From Candidatus Micrarchaeota archaeon (GTDB lineage: Archaea > Micrarchaeota > Micrarchaeia > Anstonellales > J096): a DNA stretch of 56,257 bases. The notes below the pieces were generated by a model. The model saw only the letters and a list, made by a program, of their open reading frames with translations. It had not been told where the DNA came from and did no database searches. Positions 10,050 to 19,322 of the stretch are shown one piece after another (position 1 is the stretch's first letter; every line of letters begins with the position of its first letter). The position numbers were made by a program, and so were the translations under genes. The stretch covers positions 1 through 56,257 of the forward strand of contig JAUQPY010000013.1 in NCBI GenBank assembly GCA_030550115.1, given 5' to 3'.

Positions 10050-10370
10050 ATGATAAATTTAGACGATTTTAAAAAGGTAGAATTGGTTGTGGCAAAGATA
10101 CTTGAAGTTGAGAACATACCTGAGAGAGATAAACTATATAGAATAAAATTGTCTCTAGGTAATGAACAGAGATACATAGTTTCTGGTATAAAACAATACT
10201 ACAAACCAGAGGAACTAATAGGTAAGAAGATAATTATCATAAAAAATCTAGAACCAAAAACAATAGCCGGATATCAGAGTAATGGGATGCTATTAGCGGC
10301 ATATGATGGTAAGGAACTATCTCTGATTACTGTTGATAGAGATATTCCTGAGGGTACACCAATATCATGA
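10050..10370 (+). CDS. tRNA-binding domain protein (Trbp111/CsaA/EMAP-like OB fold)
   Basis: FKKVELVVAKILEVENIPERDKLYRIKLSLG...IVSGIKQYYKPEELIGKKIIIIKNLEPKTIAGYQSNGMLL is the typical stand-alone tRNA-binding domain pattern. Confidence 0.8.
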   Translation: MINLDDFKKVELVVAKILEVENIPERDKLYRIKLSLGNEQRYIVSGIKQYYKPEELIGKKIIIIKNLEPKTIAGYQSNGMLLAAYDGKELSLITVDRDIPEGTPIS

Positions 10371-10912
10371 AATCTATTGATCTAATTCTAATAACATTGA
10401 TAATTATAACGATCTTATCTATTAGAATGGTATATGAATACAATCAATACTACGCTAAAAACTATGTTGAATTAGAGAAATATATAAACACGATTTATAG
10501 CTATCTCCAGGACAAGTACAACGATGCTAGCAGAATTGAATTGTTAAGCACTATTGAATCCAATGATAGCATCAAAGTTAGTTTTGCGCTTGTATTTAAT
10601 GATACCAGTTTCTATCCCAAGAGATATCATGTAGATTATATATATCCAGATTATAAATTTGCGGAGATAGATCCATACATCATAACTCTAGCTGATTGTA
10701 GCAAAAATAATAACTGTAGGTTGATATACCCTGAAGAGGTTATTTACAATCTGGGAATAAAAAAACCACATCTAAGAGACTATCAGATACTAAGGAAAGA
10801 ATTAATCTTTGATAACAATCAGTGGTTAGTGAATCTAGAGTTGGATAAGTTGAGAGTATCGGCTAGAGTTTCTATTTCCGGAGATATTCTATACTATTCA
10901 GAAACTCCATGA
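10367..10912 (+). CDS. Hypothetical N-terminally membrane-anchored protein (181 aa)
   Basis: ATGA overlap with the upstream gene. N-terminal hydrophobic helix LILITLIIITILSI. Confidence 0.6.
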   Translation: MKSIDLILITLIIITILSIRMVYEYNQYYAKNYVELEKYINTIYSYLQDKYNDASRIELLSTIESNDSIKVSFALVFNDTSFYPKRYHVDYIYPDYKFAEIDPYIITLADCSKNNNCRLIYPEEVIYNLGIKKPHLRDYQILRKELIFDNNQWLVNLELDKLRVSARVSISGDILYYSETP

Positions 10913-11306
10913 ATTCATCCTGTTTGTAAACACTAGCTTTCTTCTCTAATCTTCCATCTATGAATACGTATGCAGTAGGTATAAATACCTCCCTATCCTC
11001 ACCCCCAACTCTTGTAATGGCTATAGCCCCCAATCTACGTATAACTATTCTAGAGGGATCTGAAAGGATGTCAAATTCGATTTTTAGCTGAGCTGCTACA
11101 TTGAGATTCTCATCAACACTATCTGTATTAATAGCTATCTTATCTCCTATATATCTGTTTAATATCCCTAGCATGCCCAAGAATTCAGGGTTTCTATTAT
11201 TGGGATATACAAATATCAATAGATTAGTGGATTTTGCATACTGTTCCATGTTAATAATCTCAGCTCTCTGATTATATAAATTCACCCCTAGTAGCTCCTC
11301 AATCAT
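10872..11306 (-). CDS. Peroxiredoxin/AhpC-TSA-like thioredoxin-fold protein lacking any cysteine
   Basis: LLIFVYPNNRNPEFLGML occupies the place of the Prx motif FYPxDFTPVCTTE, followed by ...DILSDPSR....AYVFIDGRL. There is no Cys in the 144 aa. Confidence 0.55.
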   Translation of the reverse strand: MIEELLGVNLYNQRAEIINMEQYAKSTNLLIFVYPNNRNPEFLGMLGILNRYIGDKIAINTDSVDENLNVAAQLKIEFDILSDPSRIVIRRLGAIAITRVGGEDREVFIPTAYVFIDGRLEKKASVYKQDEFMEFLNSIEYLRK

Positions 11307-11331
11307 GTAGTTTATTTAATAAAAATTGATT

Positions 11332-12429
11332 TTAAAAATATCTATTCCACATCTCACTTGCCAATTTCCCATCATACATATACTTATCAATATTAACTGA
11401 TCTTCTATTTCTCTGTAATCTCTCTAAAAATTCCCATATTCTCTCAATAGTATAGTCTTTCAATTCTCCAGTCAACATTTCCCCAGATCTGTACCTATCA
11501 TATATCTCTCTAATCGTATTATCATCATCCTCAAACATATAATATAGTAGCTGAAAGGACACATCTATATCAGGATTTCCTCCTAATTTTCTATGTAATT
11601 CTACTGTAGGTTGACCACCTGAAAATGCCCTGTATATCTTCTTTCTCAGAGATTCTTTAGTCTCATCTAGGAAGATAACTGTTTCGGGCTTTGAAGAGCT
11701 CATTTTAGACCCTGGACCCATTAGAGAAGGGAAAAACCTGTTGTGTATAGCTGAAACCTTTCTGTATCCTAATGATTCTGCGATATCTCTCTGTACTCTC
11801 CAATAAGGATCCTGGTCTATACCAGCAGGAATCAGAGGCACATTCTTCTCAAACATAGTTGGAACTGTTTGGAGTGCTGTATAGAATATCAGTCCAAGAT
11901 TACTCTCTCCTGTAAATCCAAATACCGCTTTTGCTGTTGATAGGTTTATCTTCCTAGCTATCTCCAGACTTAATCTATACATATTCCGTATGTATTCAGT
12001 ATCTCTAAATATAAATGTTCTATCTGGATCAAATCCGATAGATGCTATATCTTGAATGTTCTGAATAGCATATCTATCAATCTCTTTCCATCCAATTTCT
12101 CTATTATATACAAATTTCTCATCATCACTTATCATGATGTATAGATTAGCCCCATATCTATCCTGTAACCACTTGGCTAGTAAAAATGGTGGGAGATGGC
12201 CTATATGCATCTTACCACTAGGTCCTCTACCAGTATATATAAAAAATCCGTCTCTTAGCGCTACATCTAAATCTCTATGTGAGAAAAAGAACCCTCTTCT
12301 TAACATAACCGGAAGATTCTCCGGAGGAGTATTGAATATACTCACATCCAACCTCTTAGTACCAAATTCCTCTATCAGTCTATCGTAATCTATATCCCCT
12401 TCTACTCTCCAAGGATCAACTATCATCAT
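11332..12429 (-). CDS. trpS: Tryptophanyl-tRNA synthetase (archaeal/eukaryotic type)
   Basis: DPW..IDYDRLIEEFG, HIGH-type motif GKMHIGHL, DDEKF, and KMSKS-type KMSSSKP. Confidence 0.9.
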   Translation of the reverse strand: MMIVDPWRVEGDIDYDRLIEEFGTKRLDVSIFNTPPENLPVMLRRGFFFSHRDLDVALRDGFFIYTGRGPSGKMHIGHLPPFLLAKWLQDRYGANLYIMISDDEKFVYNREIGWKEIDRYAIQNIQDIASIGFDPDRTFIFRDTEYIRNMYRLSLEIARKINLSTAKAVFGFTGESNLGLIFYTALQTVPTMFEKNVPLIPAGIDQDPYWRVQRDIAESLGYRKVSAIHNRFFPSLMGPGSKMSSSKPETVIFLDETKESLRKKIYRAFSGGQPTVELHRKLGGNPDIDVSFQLLYYMFEDDDNTIREIYDRYRSGEMLTGELKDYTIERIWEFLERLQRNRRSVNIDKYMYDGKLASEMWNRYF

Positions 12430-12461
12430 TTAATAATATAACATTTCATTTATAATTGGTG

Positions 12462-13157
12462 ATGTTTATGGAAATAGGTATTGTTGGACCTGGAGGTACA
12501 AGAGATCTACTTATAAAGCAACCTACAGGTTTTGGTACAGGTGGATTTTATATAAGAGATGATTCGGTAACCTACTATATAGATCCAGGTCCTGGAGCAG
12601 TGCTGAAAATAAATCGACAGCATCCAGATTTACAGATAGATAAGATAATATGTAGTCATTTCCATTTAGATCATTATGGGGACTTATTAGCAACTATAGA
12701 ATATTCTACCAATTTGGAACGTAAAGTAGATTTAATATCAACTGATGATGTGTATAGGTATATAGACCAATATCATAAGAAATTCATAAATTACATCAAT
12801 TATAAGAATTTCAAAAACACGTTTCCAATAGATCATGGTATAGATGGATTTGGGATATATCTTGAGGATTTAGGAGTATATTATACCTCAGACGGCAAAT
12901 TTCACAATAGATTACTGAACGTACAGGCAGATATTCTGATTGCAAATATCGCAGTGATAGAACCTACCAGTATAAAACACATGTCATTACAAGACCTGAA
13001 AAAATTCATAGACATGATTACACCAAAACATGTTATTATCTCTCATTATTCTATATATCTTCTGAAGAGATTAGATATGTTAATGTCAGAATTAATATCT
13101 AGCTATCCTGACATAAAATTCTATACGGCAAAGGAAGGAGATAGATATGTATTTTAA
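12462..13157 (+). CDS. Metallo-beta-lactamase fold hydrolase
   Basis: HxHxDH motif in CSHFHLDHYGD. The track start 12456 is TTG; ATG at 12462 or 12468 is more likely. Confidence 0.7.
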   Translation: MFMEIGIVGPGGTRDLLIKQPTGFGTGGFYIRDDSVTYYIDPGPGAVLKINRQHPDLQIDKIICSHFHLDHYGDLLATIEYSTNLERKVDLISTDDVYRYIDQYHKKFINYINYKNFKNTFPIDHGIDGFGIYLEDLGVYYTSDGKFHNRLLNVQADILIANIAVIEPTSIKHMSLQDLKKFIDMITPKHVIISHYSIYLLKRLDMLMSELISSYPDIKFYTAKEGDRYVF

Positions 13158-14106
13158 GATCGATAAGGATAGAACATACATCAGAATAGATACTGCAAAT
13201 GATCTTTGGTATATATGGAATCTCATAGGACCTGGAGATGTCGTAGAGTCTACTAGTTTAAGATCAGTAGAAGGGATGGATCAGAAAAAACCAGTTAGGA
13301 TAAAGCTAGAAGTAGAGAGAGTAAAATACATGAAAGATATTCATAGCGTAAGATTAACTGGTAAGATTATAGATGGTTCACCAAGTGAATACGTTCAGCT
13401 AGGTAGGTATCATAGTTTTGATATACGCAAAGACTCAGAATTATATGTATACAAAGACTGGAGTGAATATGAAAGGGAATTACTAAATGATGCACTAAAG
13501 AACTCTAGAGAATTGATAGCTAATGTAGTTCTGATAGATGAGAGAAATCTAAAAATCCTAAACCTGTATCCCATAGGTATGGAGATAATCTTAGAGCGAG
13601 ATCTGCCATATAGTAAGATGTCTGAAGAGAATCGAGATAGAATATATTCAGAAATAGCCAAATCTCTAACGTCTAAAAAGATCATAATAGCTGGGCCTGG
13701 ATTTGAGAAAGAGAAACTAGCTAATTACCTAAAATCCGATCATGATATTCTAGCTGTACTGGGTGTTAGCTATGCAGAAATAAGTTCTCTGAAAGAACTA
13801 TTCCCTCAGATCCGTGATATCATAGCTAAATATAGAATTCAGCAGGATTTAGAAATTGTGGGGATATTAAATCAATATATAGCCAAGTATTCTGAAATGG
13901 TTGTTTTTGGGGAGGATATTAAAAACTATGCTGAGGGTAATCTGGAGCTGGTGTGTGTGATAGATGACGCTCTAGAGAGCAAAGAAATTAGAGATCTTCT
14001 AAAGATAGTCGAGAAATATGGTACTAAAATATACATTTTTTCTTCTGAATCACCATATGCTGAAACAATAAAAATGCTGAAAACAGTAGGGATAAGAAGA
14101 TATTAA
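13147..14106 (+). CDS. pelA: Pelota/Dom34 homolog (mRNA surveillance, ribosome rescue)
   Basis: The N-terminus ...TANDLWYIWNLIGPGDVVESTSLRS... is the Pelota signature. Size and C-terminal eRF1-like region are consistent. Confidence 0.85.
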   Translation: MYFKIDKDRTYIRIDTANDLWYIWNLIGPGDVVESTSLRSVEGMDQKKPVRIKLEVERVKYMKDIHSVRLTGKIIDGSPSEYVQLGRYHSFDIRKDSELYVYKDWSEYERELLNDALKNSRELIANVVLIDERNLKILNLYPIGMEIILERDLPYSKMSEENRDRIYSEIAKSLTSKKIIIAGPGFEKEKLANYLKSDHDILAVLGVSYAEISSLKELFPQIRDIIAKYRIQQDLEIVGILNQYIAKYSEMVVFGEDIKNYAEGNLELVCVIDDALESKEIRDLLKIVEKYGTKIYIFSSESPYAETIKMLKTVGIRRY

Positions 14107-15047
14107 TACTCTGTAAGACCGTAGAAGTATTCCACTAATAGAGGATTTATAGACATAGGAGCTACCCTATAGAAGTACTTATCGTATGGTTGCCCTGTGA
14201 TCCTTTTTAATTCCTGCCAATCCTTAGTATTTCGCAATCCTATTACAATCTCATTATCCTGAACTCTATCTATATACACCTCTTCAACAATTGCTCGAAC
14301 CTTAAGTTTAATAGTAGTAGGAATAATGCTATAATTACTCGACAACCTTAAATTTTCCTCTATTATGTTCAAAGGAGTACTAAATATGTTATTGAATGTA
14401 TGTGAAGAGACTCTTGCATTCTCAGGCCCCACCATCCTCCGCTCAGTTGTCTCCCCATAAACTGTTATAGTATAGTACAAATTCAAGTAGAGATTGTTCA
14501 GAAGACTCAAATCAGTTACTTTCTTACCAACATATTGATCAGGATTTGCAAGAATCCTATCAAGAGTGTTCTTTACATTCTGATCCAGATTCAATTCAAA
14601 CTTATATTTCATATCTATATACCTACTGCATACATCATTATATGGTCCTACTGGGAAGTATGTGTATTGAATAAGTAAAGGATATTCCTCTCTATAGCTC
14701 CAATTTCCATTATTAGCATCTTTGTTGATAAGCAGGTGTCTTTTGACTTCTGAATATACTTTAACAGTATTATATCCTTGTCTGGCAGGATACTTGTTTA
14801 TATCTATCGAATTAACTTCTATTTCATCTGCAAAGTATCTTGAACAATAGTACCTCTCATGTATCAGATCATTAAGCAGATTGCAAGATGAAAGATTTAA
14901 TGACAGTGTACCTAAAGCCATAACTACAGCAGTAGTTTTAGCCAATTTTCTAATTGGACTCATATATCTCTCCACTCTCTCTTTGAAACTCTCTAGTTTT
15001 CTAGGTGGAGTCTGCTTGGATTCATTCTCATAATTCAACCTGTTCAT
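14103..15047 (-). CDS. Hypothetical membrane-anchored or secreted protein (314 aa)
   Basis: A single hydrophobic segment TAVVMALGTLSLNLSSC follows a charged N-terminus. There is no recognisable catalytic motif. Confidence 0.6.
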   Translation of the reverse strand: MNRLNYENESKQTPPRKLESFKERVERYMSPIRKLAKTTAVVMALGTLSLNLSSCNLLNDLIHERYYCSRYFADEIEVNSIDINKYPARQGYNTVKVYSEVKRHLLINKDANNGNWSYREEYPLLIQYTYFPVGPYNDVCSRYIDMKYKFELNLDQNVKNTLDRILANPDQYVGKKVTDLSLLNNLYLNLYYTITVYGETTERRMVGPENARVSSHTFNNIFSTPLNIIEENLRLSSNYSIIPTTIKLKVRAIVEEVYIDRVQDNEIVIGLRNTKDWQELKRITGQPYDKYFYRVAPMSINPLLVEYFYGLTEY

Positions 15048-15082
15048 GTAATATATAATTATGGATATATTTAAAAAAAAGA

Positions 15083-15156
15083 TGCCGCAGGGGGGATTTG
15101 AACCCCCGACCCCTCGGTCTTCAGCCGAGTGCTCTTCCGGGCTGAGCTACCGCGGC
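15083..15156 (-). tRNA. tRNA-Phe (anticodon GAA)
   Basis: The reverse complement reads GCCGCGGTAGCTCAGCCCGGAAGAGCACTCGGCTGAAGACCGAGGGGTCGGGGGTTCAAATCCCCCCTGCGGCA. Anticodon loop is CTGAAGA. Confidence 0.95.
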
Positions 15157-15182
15157 TGCTATGTTCATTTACTATAGAACAA

Positions 15183-15196
15183 TTTTTAAAGTTTAG
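15183..15196 (-). promoter_or_regulatory. Candidate BRE/TATA promoter of tRNA-Phe (CTAAAC-TTTAAAAA)
   Basis: The reverse complement of 15183-15196 is CTAAACTTTAAAAA, 27 nt upstream of the tRNA 5' end. It shares TAAACTTTAAAAA with the 16S promoter candidate. Confidence 0.45.
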
Positions 15197-15231
15197 AGAT
15201 CTTTTTTATAGGTTTCTATATAATATATAAC

Positions 15232-15822
15232 ATGTTGGTGAGTAATTGCGAAAGAGCAGTATTAAAGCTCAGGAGTAACAACACAGATCCCAAACATTAT
15301 AATCACATATCTAACAGAGCATCAAAGTATTTGAACATTATCTATCCTGAAGTAATCGAATTGAAAATTGAGTTCAAATCCAATCATAGAGCGGAGAGCT
15401 ATGCTACCATAAAGAATTCAAAGGCAAAGATATCAATAGCAAGAGAAGCGCATATTGATGTGATCTTCAATCATGAGATTGCTCACGTTATATTTCATGT
15501 TGTAGCTACTAGACCTGATAGGCAATTATTAGACAGTATAAATTCATTTTATGAACTCATTAGACAACATGGTATTGTAAGATTGCTGTCAGAGAGTAAC
15601 TATCTAATATATCCATCCTTGGGACATCCTGAGGATAGTCCGTCTGAGATGTTCGCCTCTCTATACAATCTACTTATGCTACTCAATAGTAATCTAATCA
15701 ATAATATCCAGAGAGAATTCATTGGAACAAATCTGAAGTTGTTATCTAATAATTTTCCTGAGTTGAACCAGATTCTAAGACAGATTCAACATTATATGCC
15801 TGAGATTGATTTAAAAATCTAA
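15232..15822 (+). CDS. Putative zinc metallopeptidase (HExxH ... GHPEDSPSEMFAS), paralog 4
   Basis: HEIAH is encoded at 15472-15486, with GHPEDSPSEMFASLYNLL downstream. It uses the same motif pair as the 4304-6772 array. Confidence 0.7.
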   Translation: MLVSNCERAVLKLRSNNTDPKHYNHISNRASKYLNIIYPEVIELKIEFKSNHRAESYATIKNSKAKISIAREAHIDVIFNHEIAHVIFHVVATRPDRQLLDSINSFYELIRQHGIVRLLSESNYLIYPSLGHPEDSPSEMFASLYNLLMLLNSNLINNIQREFIGTNLKLLSNNFPELNQILRQIQHYMPEIDLKI

Positions 15823-15838
15823 ATTTAAAATAATAAAT

Positions 15839-16207
15839 ATGGATCCTGTGGGTTTAGATATATCATATGAATTAATCCCCATAAGAGCAAGTAAAACAGA
15901 TGATTTTATAGTTCTCCTGTTAAATGTTAAAAACGTAGATAAGCGTAAGAAGCTAATATCTCTAGATGTGGTGTCTAACAATGATCAAATATATCTTGAT
16001 AGCTACAGAGCTAGGAAAAAAGAGGAATTTAGACTCGGTATTCTTAGTGAGAAAGAGTCCAGAGAAATTCCAGTAAAACTGTTTCTCCAGAAACCCTCGG
16101 CAAGACCTGGATTGTATGATATAAGTATTATATCTTATTTGCACGATAGAGATTATGAATCTTATATTGAGAAGAGTGAATTCAAAATACAGGTCAGAGT
16201 AGTTTAA
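15839..16207 (+). CDS. Hypothetical protein (122 aa), beta-rich
   Basis: ORF 16 nt downstream of the zincin paralog on the same strand. Alternating hydrophobic pattern and no recognisable motif. Confidence 0.5.
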   Translation: MDPVGLDISYELIPIRASKTDDFIVLLLNVKNVDKRKKLISLDVVSNNDQIYLDSYRARKKEEFRLGILSEKESREIPVKLFLQKPSARPGLYDISIISYLHDRDYESYIEKSEFKIQVRVV

Positions 16208-16520
16208 TGAAACTTAAATATTATAATCATAGGGTATTTTAGTGGATCCGATCGGATTAGATAAAAGGTAAAAATCTTTTATACATATTAGAGATTTTGA
16301 AAGAGTAGAAGGAGGTTATTTCCAGAAGCTTTGAATATACATGGAAAACTTGCGATTAGCAACACTTCAGGCGGAGCGCTGGATTTATTCCTTAGAGACT
16401 ATGATAAAGAGTTATAGGGCTACACGAAAATCTAGTATGATACTTTAGAATTAGATCCGAGAACAAGTAAGAGAGATATTATAGAAAAGATAATAGAAGA
16501 GAACGATCTTATAATACTAG

Positions 16521-16919
16521 TTAAATCTTAGTAAATTTAAATCCATATGCTATAATTCCTTCTGGATTATCTTCTTGAATTTTTCTAACTACTTTGTATA
16601 CTTCCATACCCTCATGAACCTCTTCAGGTTTTACATCAACTATCTGTGCCAAGATCTTAGGGCCTTCTTTGAGCTTAATTATCGCCAATATATATGGGGC
16701 TTGATCTACAAATCCTTCTGGAGCTGCATGCACCACAGTCCATGATACCACATTACCATATCCACTAAAGTCCTTGTATTCAACTATCTTTCCCTTTCGT
16801 CTACACTTTGGACATATTGTTCTCTTAGGTAAATATATATTTCCACAAGTTTCACATTTACTACCTATCAATCTATATCTCTGTTCTCTCAATCTCCATT
16901 GACTAGGTACACTTAGCAT
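16521..16919 (-). CDS. DUF35-type Zn-ribbon/OB-fold protein (partner of archaeal thiolase/HMG-CoA synthase)
   Basis: CETCGNIYLPKRTICPKCRR followed by an OB-fold region (VVSWTVVH...PYILAIIKLKEGPKILAQIVD). The start is moved to ATG 16919 (MLSVPSQW...); the track N-terminal extension would overlap pyk. Confidence 0.7.
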   Translation of the reverse strand: MLSVPSQWRLREQRYRLIGSKCETCGNIYLPKRTICPKCRRKGKIVEYKDFSGYGNVVSWTVVHAAPEGFVDQAPYILAIIKLKEGPKILAQIVDVKPEEVHEGMEVYKVVRKIQEDNPEGIIAYGFKFTKI

Positions 16920-16967
16920 ATCTCTATTTTCAGAGCTAATATATTTAAAAACTATCCATATTAACTT

Positions 16968-18233
16968 ATGAGACTTGTTAAAATAGTGGCTACTCTCTAT
17001 GAAAAGTTTGATATAGATCTGTTCAGATACATAGATATTGCTAGATTCAATTTCTCTCATAGAAGTTACGGAGAAATAGATGAATGGTTAGCATTAATCG
17101 AAGAAGCGGAGAGAAGATTCAACAAGAAGATCACAGTGCTTGCAGATACCAAAGGTCCAGAGATAAGAACTGGTGCAGGTATAGAACTGAGAGCTGGGGA
17201 GAGGATAGATGTTAGAGAGTTGAAGCTATCCAATGAAGCTGCTTTCAGAGATGTTCTCGACTCCGGGGATATAGTGTTGATCGATGATGGTAAGGTAATG
17301 CTTAGAGCTATTGATAAGAATACTCTAGAGGCCATGAGTAATTATCCTATTAAACCTAGAAAATCAGTGATAGTAAGAAACAAGGATTATAATATACCTT
17401 CTATAACCAAGGAGGATTTAGAAGATTTAGAATTTATAAAGATTCGTAGATTTGACGTGATTGCTCAGTCGTTTGTCAGAACTCCTGAGGATGTACTCAA
17501 GATGAAAGAGTTATCAGGGTTACCTGTTATAGCTAAAATAGAAACCGCTAGTGCTGTAAGGAATATAGATGAGATAATAAAGGTAGCTGATGGAATAATG
17601 ATAGCTAGAGGAGATCTAGCCCTATCTATCCCAGAGGAGAAACTACCCAAAGTGCAATCCATGATCCTCAAGAAGGCTAATAAAATACCTGTAATAGTTG
17701 CAACTCAGGTATTATCATCGATGACAGATTCCCCATTCCCTAAGAGAGCAGAGCTTACTGATATCTATAATGCTGTAATTAATGGAGCTGATGCTCTTAT
17801 GCTTTCAGAAGAGACTGCTGTAGGTAGATACAAGAGAGAGACTCTTGAGATAATGCACAGAACTATATTAGAGGCTCAGGAACTGGCAGAAAGAGTAAGT
17901 AGTATAGATGATTACAAGGATAAGATAGCATATAGTGCAGCTATGTTAGCTGAAGAATTCAATTCGCCAATAATAGCACCCACCTATCTAGGTACAACCC
18001 CTAGGAAGATTTCATCTTTCAGACCTAAACAGCCTATCTATGCAATAACATCTAATCACAGAATCACAGGATATTTGAATCTATTCTATGGAGTATTTCC
18101 CAGAGTATACAATTATGAACCTATCTTCGAGAAATTTAATGATATAAAGAGATTCTTGGGATTGGATAGGGCTGTATTTGTATTCGGATATCCTCCGGGA
18201 AATAGTAATACGAATTCGATTGTATATATCTAA
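16968..18233 (+). CDS. pyk: Pyruvate kinase
   Basis: KIVATL...ARFNFSH...LADTKGPEIRTG...MIARGDLALSIP...VATQVLSSM...ALMLSEETAVG. Confidence 0.9.
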   Translation: MRLVKIVATLYEKFDIDLFRYIDIARFNFSHRSYGEIDEWLALIEEAERRFNKKITVLADTKGPEIRTGAGIELRAGERIDVRELKLSNEAAFRDVLDSGDIVLIDDGKVMLRAIDKNTLEAMSNYPIKPRKSVIVRNKDYNIPSITKEDLEDLEFIKIRRFDVIAQSFVRTPEDVLKMKELSGLPVIAKIETASAVRNIDEIIKVADGIMIARGDLALSIPEEKLPKVQSMILKKANKIPVIVATQVLSSMTDSPFPKRAELTDIYNAVINGADALMLSEETAVGRYKRETLEIMHRTILEAQELAERVSSIDDYKDKIAYSAAMLAEEFNSPIIAPTYLGTTPRKISSFRPKQPIYAITSNHRITGYLNLFYGVFPRVYNYEPIFEKFNDIKRFLGLDRAVFVFGYPPGNSNTNSIVYI

Positions 18234-18234
18234 T

Positions 18235-19308
18235 ATGATGCAGGAGTTCCTAGAGACTTTAAGAGAGTTCTCGAATAGGATTGCTAGATATAAAATATCA
18301 GAATTAGATAGAGATTTAGAATCTCTGGGGGTAAGTGTTGATTGGGATAAGTTCAGAGAGAGGTCTAAACATTATATTCACAAACCAATTCTTGCTGATC
18401 TAATAACTAGTTTGGGTAGATTATCAGAGAGAAGATTAGCTATTGATAGAGAACTAATAAAGATGGATAATTCAATATTCATATCTAGCAACAATATCAA
18501 TTATCTGATAGCACCACAATCCGATAATCATAGTGTTATAAATAATTTGTATATATTGGCAGATCTGTACTATAGAGCAAGATCGTTGAATATAAGAATT
18601 CTAAATGATAAAATAGAGAGCACTGCTGGAGAATTTGTACTACCAATCACAGACAACTATCACTTCAACAGAGCACTGAATTTCCTTTCTGGACTACAGT
18701 TGAGTTTAGATGAGAATTTCGTAACAAAAAACAGCATCAGGCTACTGTATGATAGAGAATTAATTATATATATAAACAACTATCGTTATGGGTACTTTAT
18801 GCAAAGTAAATACTCTGAAAATGCTATATCGCTCAACTCAGATGTTATTGAATTTGGAAATAACATAATGATACCGCTGTATTTAGCAAATACTGAATTA
18901 CAGCATATTAAAGAATGGTTATTAGAGAATGGATTCCACATCTGGATAGATGGATATAGAATAATGTTTTCTATAAATAATCAAAAATACACGTTCCCCA
19001 CGGATTATGATCAGCAGGGCATAGTATATTCAATATATAAATATTATAAACTTATCAGGGGTGGGGTCTGGAAGGGAATTGTATACAGAATGGCTGATGA
19101 CGATGATATAGCTACTATTCAATATTTAGGAGCTAAATTATTATATTTAGGTAATAATCTACATGATTATGTGACGGTAAAATTTGAACTGCATGATGAA
19201 TTGATTATGCGGATTAAATCCAACATAACAGAATATGTATTCGATGTTACAGAAAATTTTGAAAAAATAGAGCAGAACATAAAAACAATCTTTAAAAATT
19301 ATCTATAG
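18235..19308 (+). CDS. Hypothetical protein (357 aa), ORFan
   Basis: ATG 18235 lies 1 nt after the pyk stop; the track start 18178 sits inside pyk. No recognisable motif. Confidence 0.6.
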   Translation: MMQEFLETLREFSNRIARYKISELDRDLESLGVSVDWDKFRERSKHYIHKPILADLITSLGRLSERRLAIDRELIKMDNSIFISSNNINYLIAPQSDNHSVINNLYILADLYYRARSLNIRILNDKIESTAGEFVLPITDNYHFNRALNFLSGLQLSLDENFVTKNSIRLLYDRELIIYINNYRYGYFMQSKYSENAISLNSDVIEFGNNIMIPLYLANTELQHIKEWLLENGFHIWIDGYRIMFSINNQKYTFPTDYDQQGIVYSIYKYYKLIRGGVWKGIVYRMADDDDIATIQYLGAKLLYLGNNLHDYVTVKFELHDELIMRIKSNITEYVFDVTENFEKIEQNIKTIFKNYL

Positions 19309-19322
19309 AATCTATACTGGCT

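Noticed and set aside
16920-17060. N-terminal extension of the DUF35 ORF. The extensions of ORFs 41338..41880, 29505..29825 and 18178..19308 are similar cases.
   Set aside because: The extensions overlap neighbouring genes or promoters and add non-homologous residues. Internal ATGs give proteins of the canonical length and remove the overlaps.
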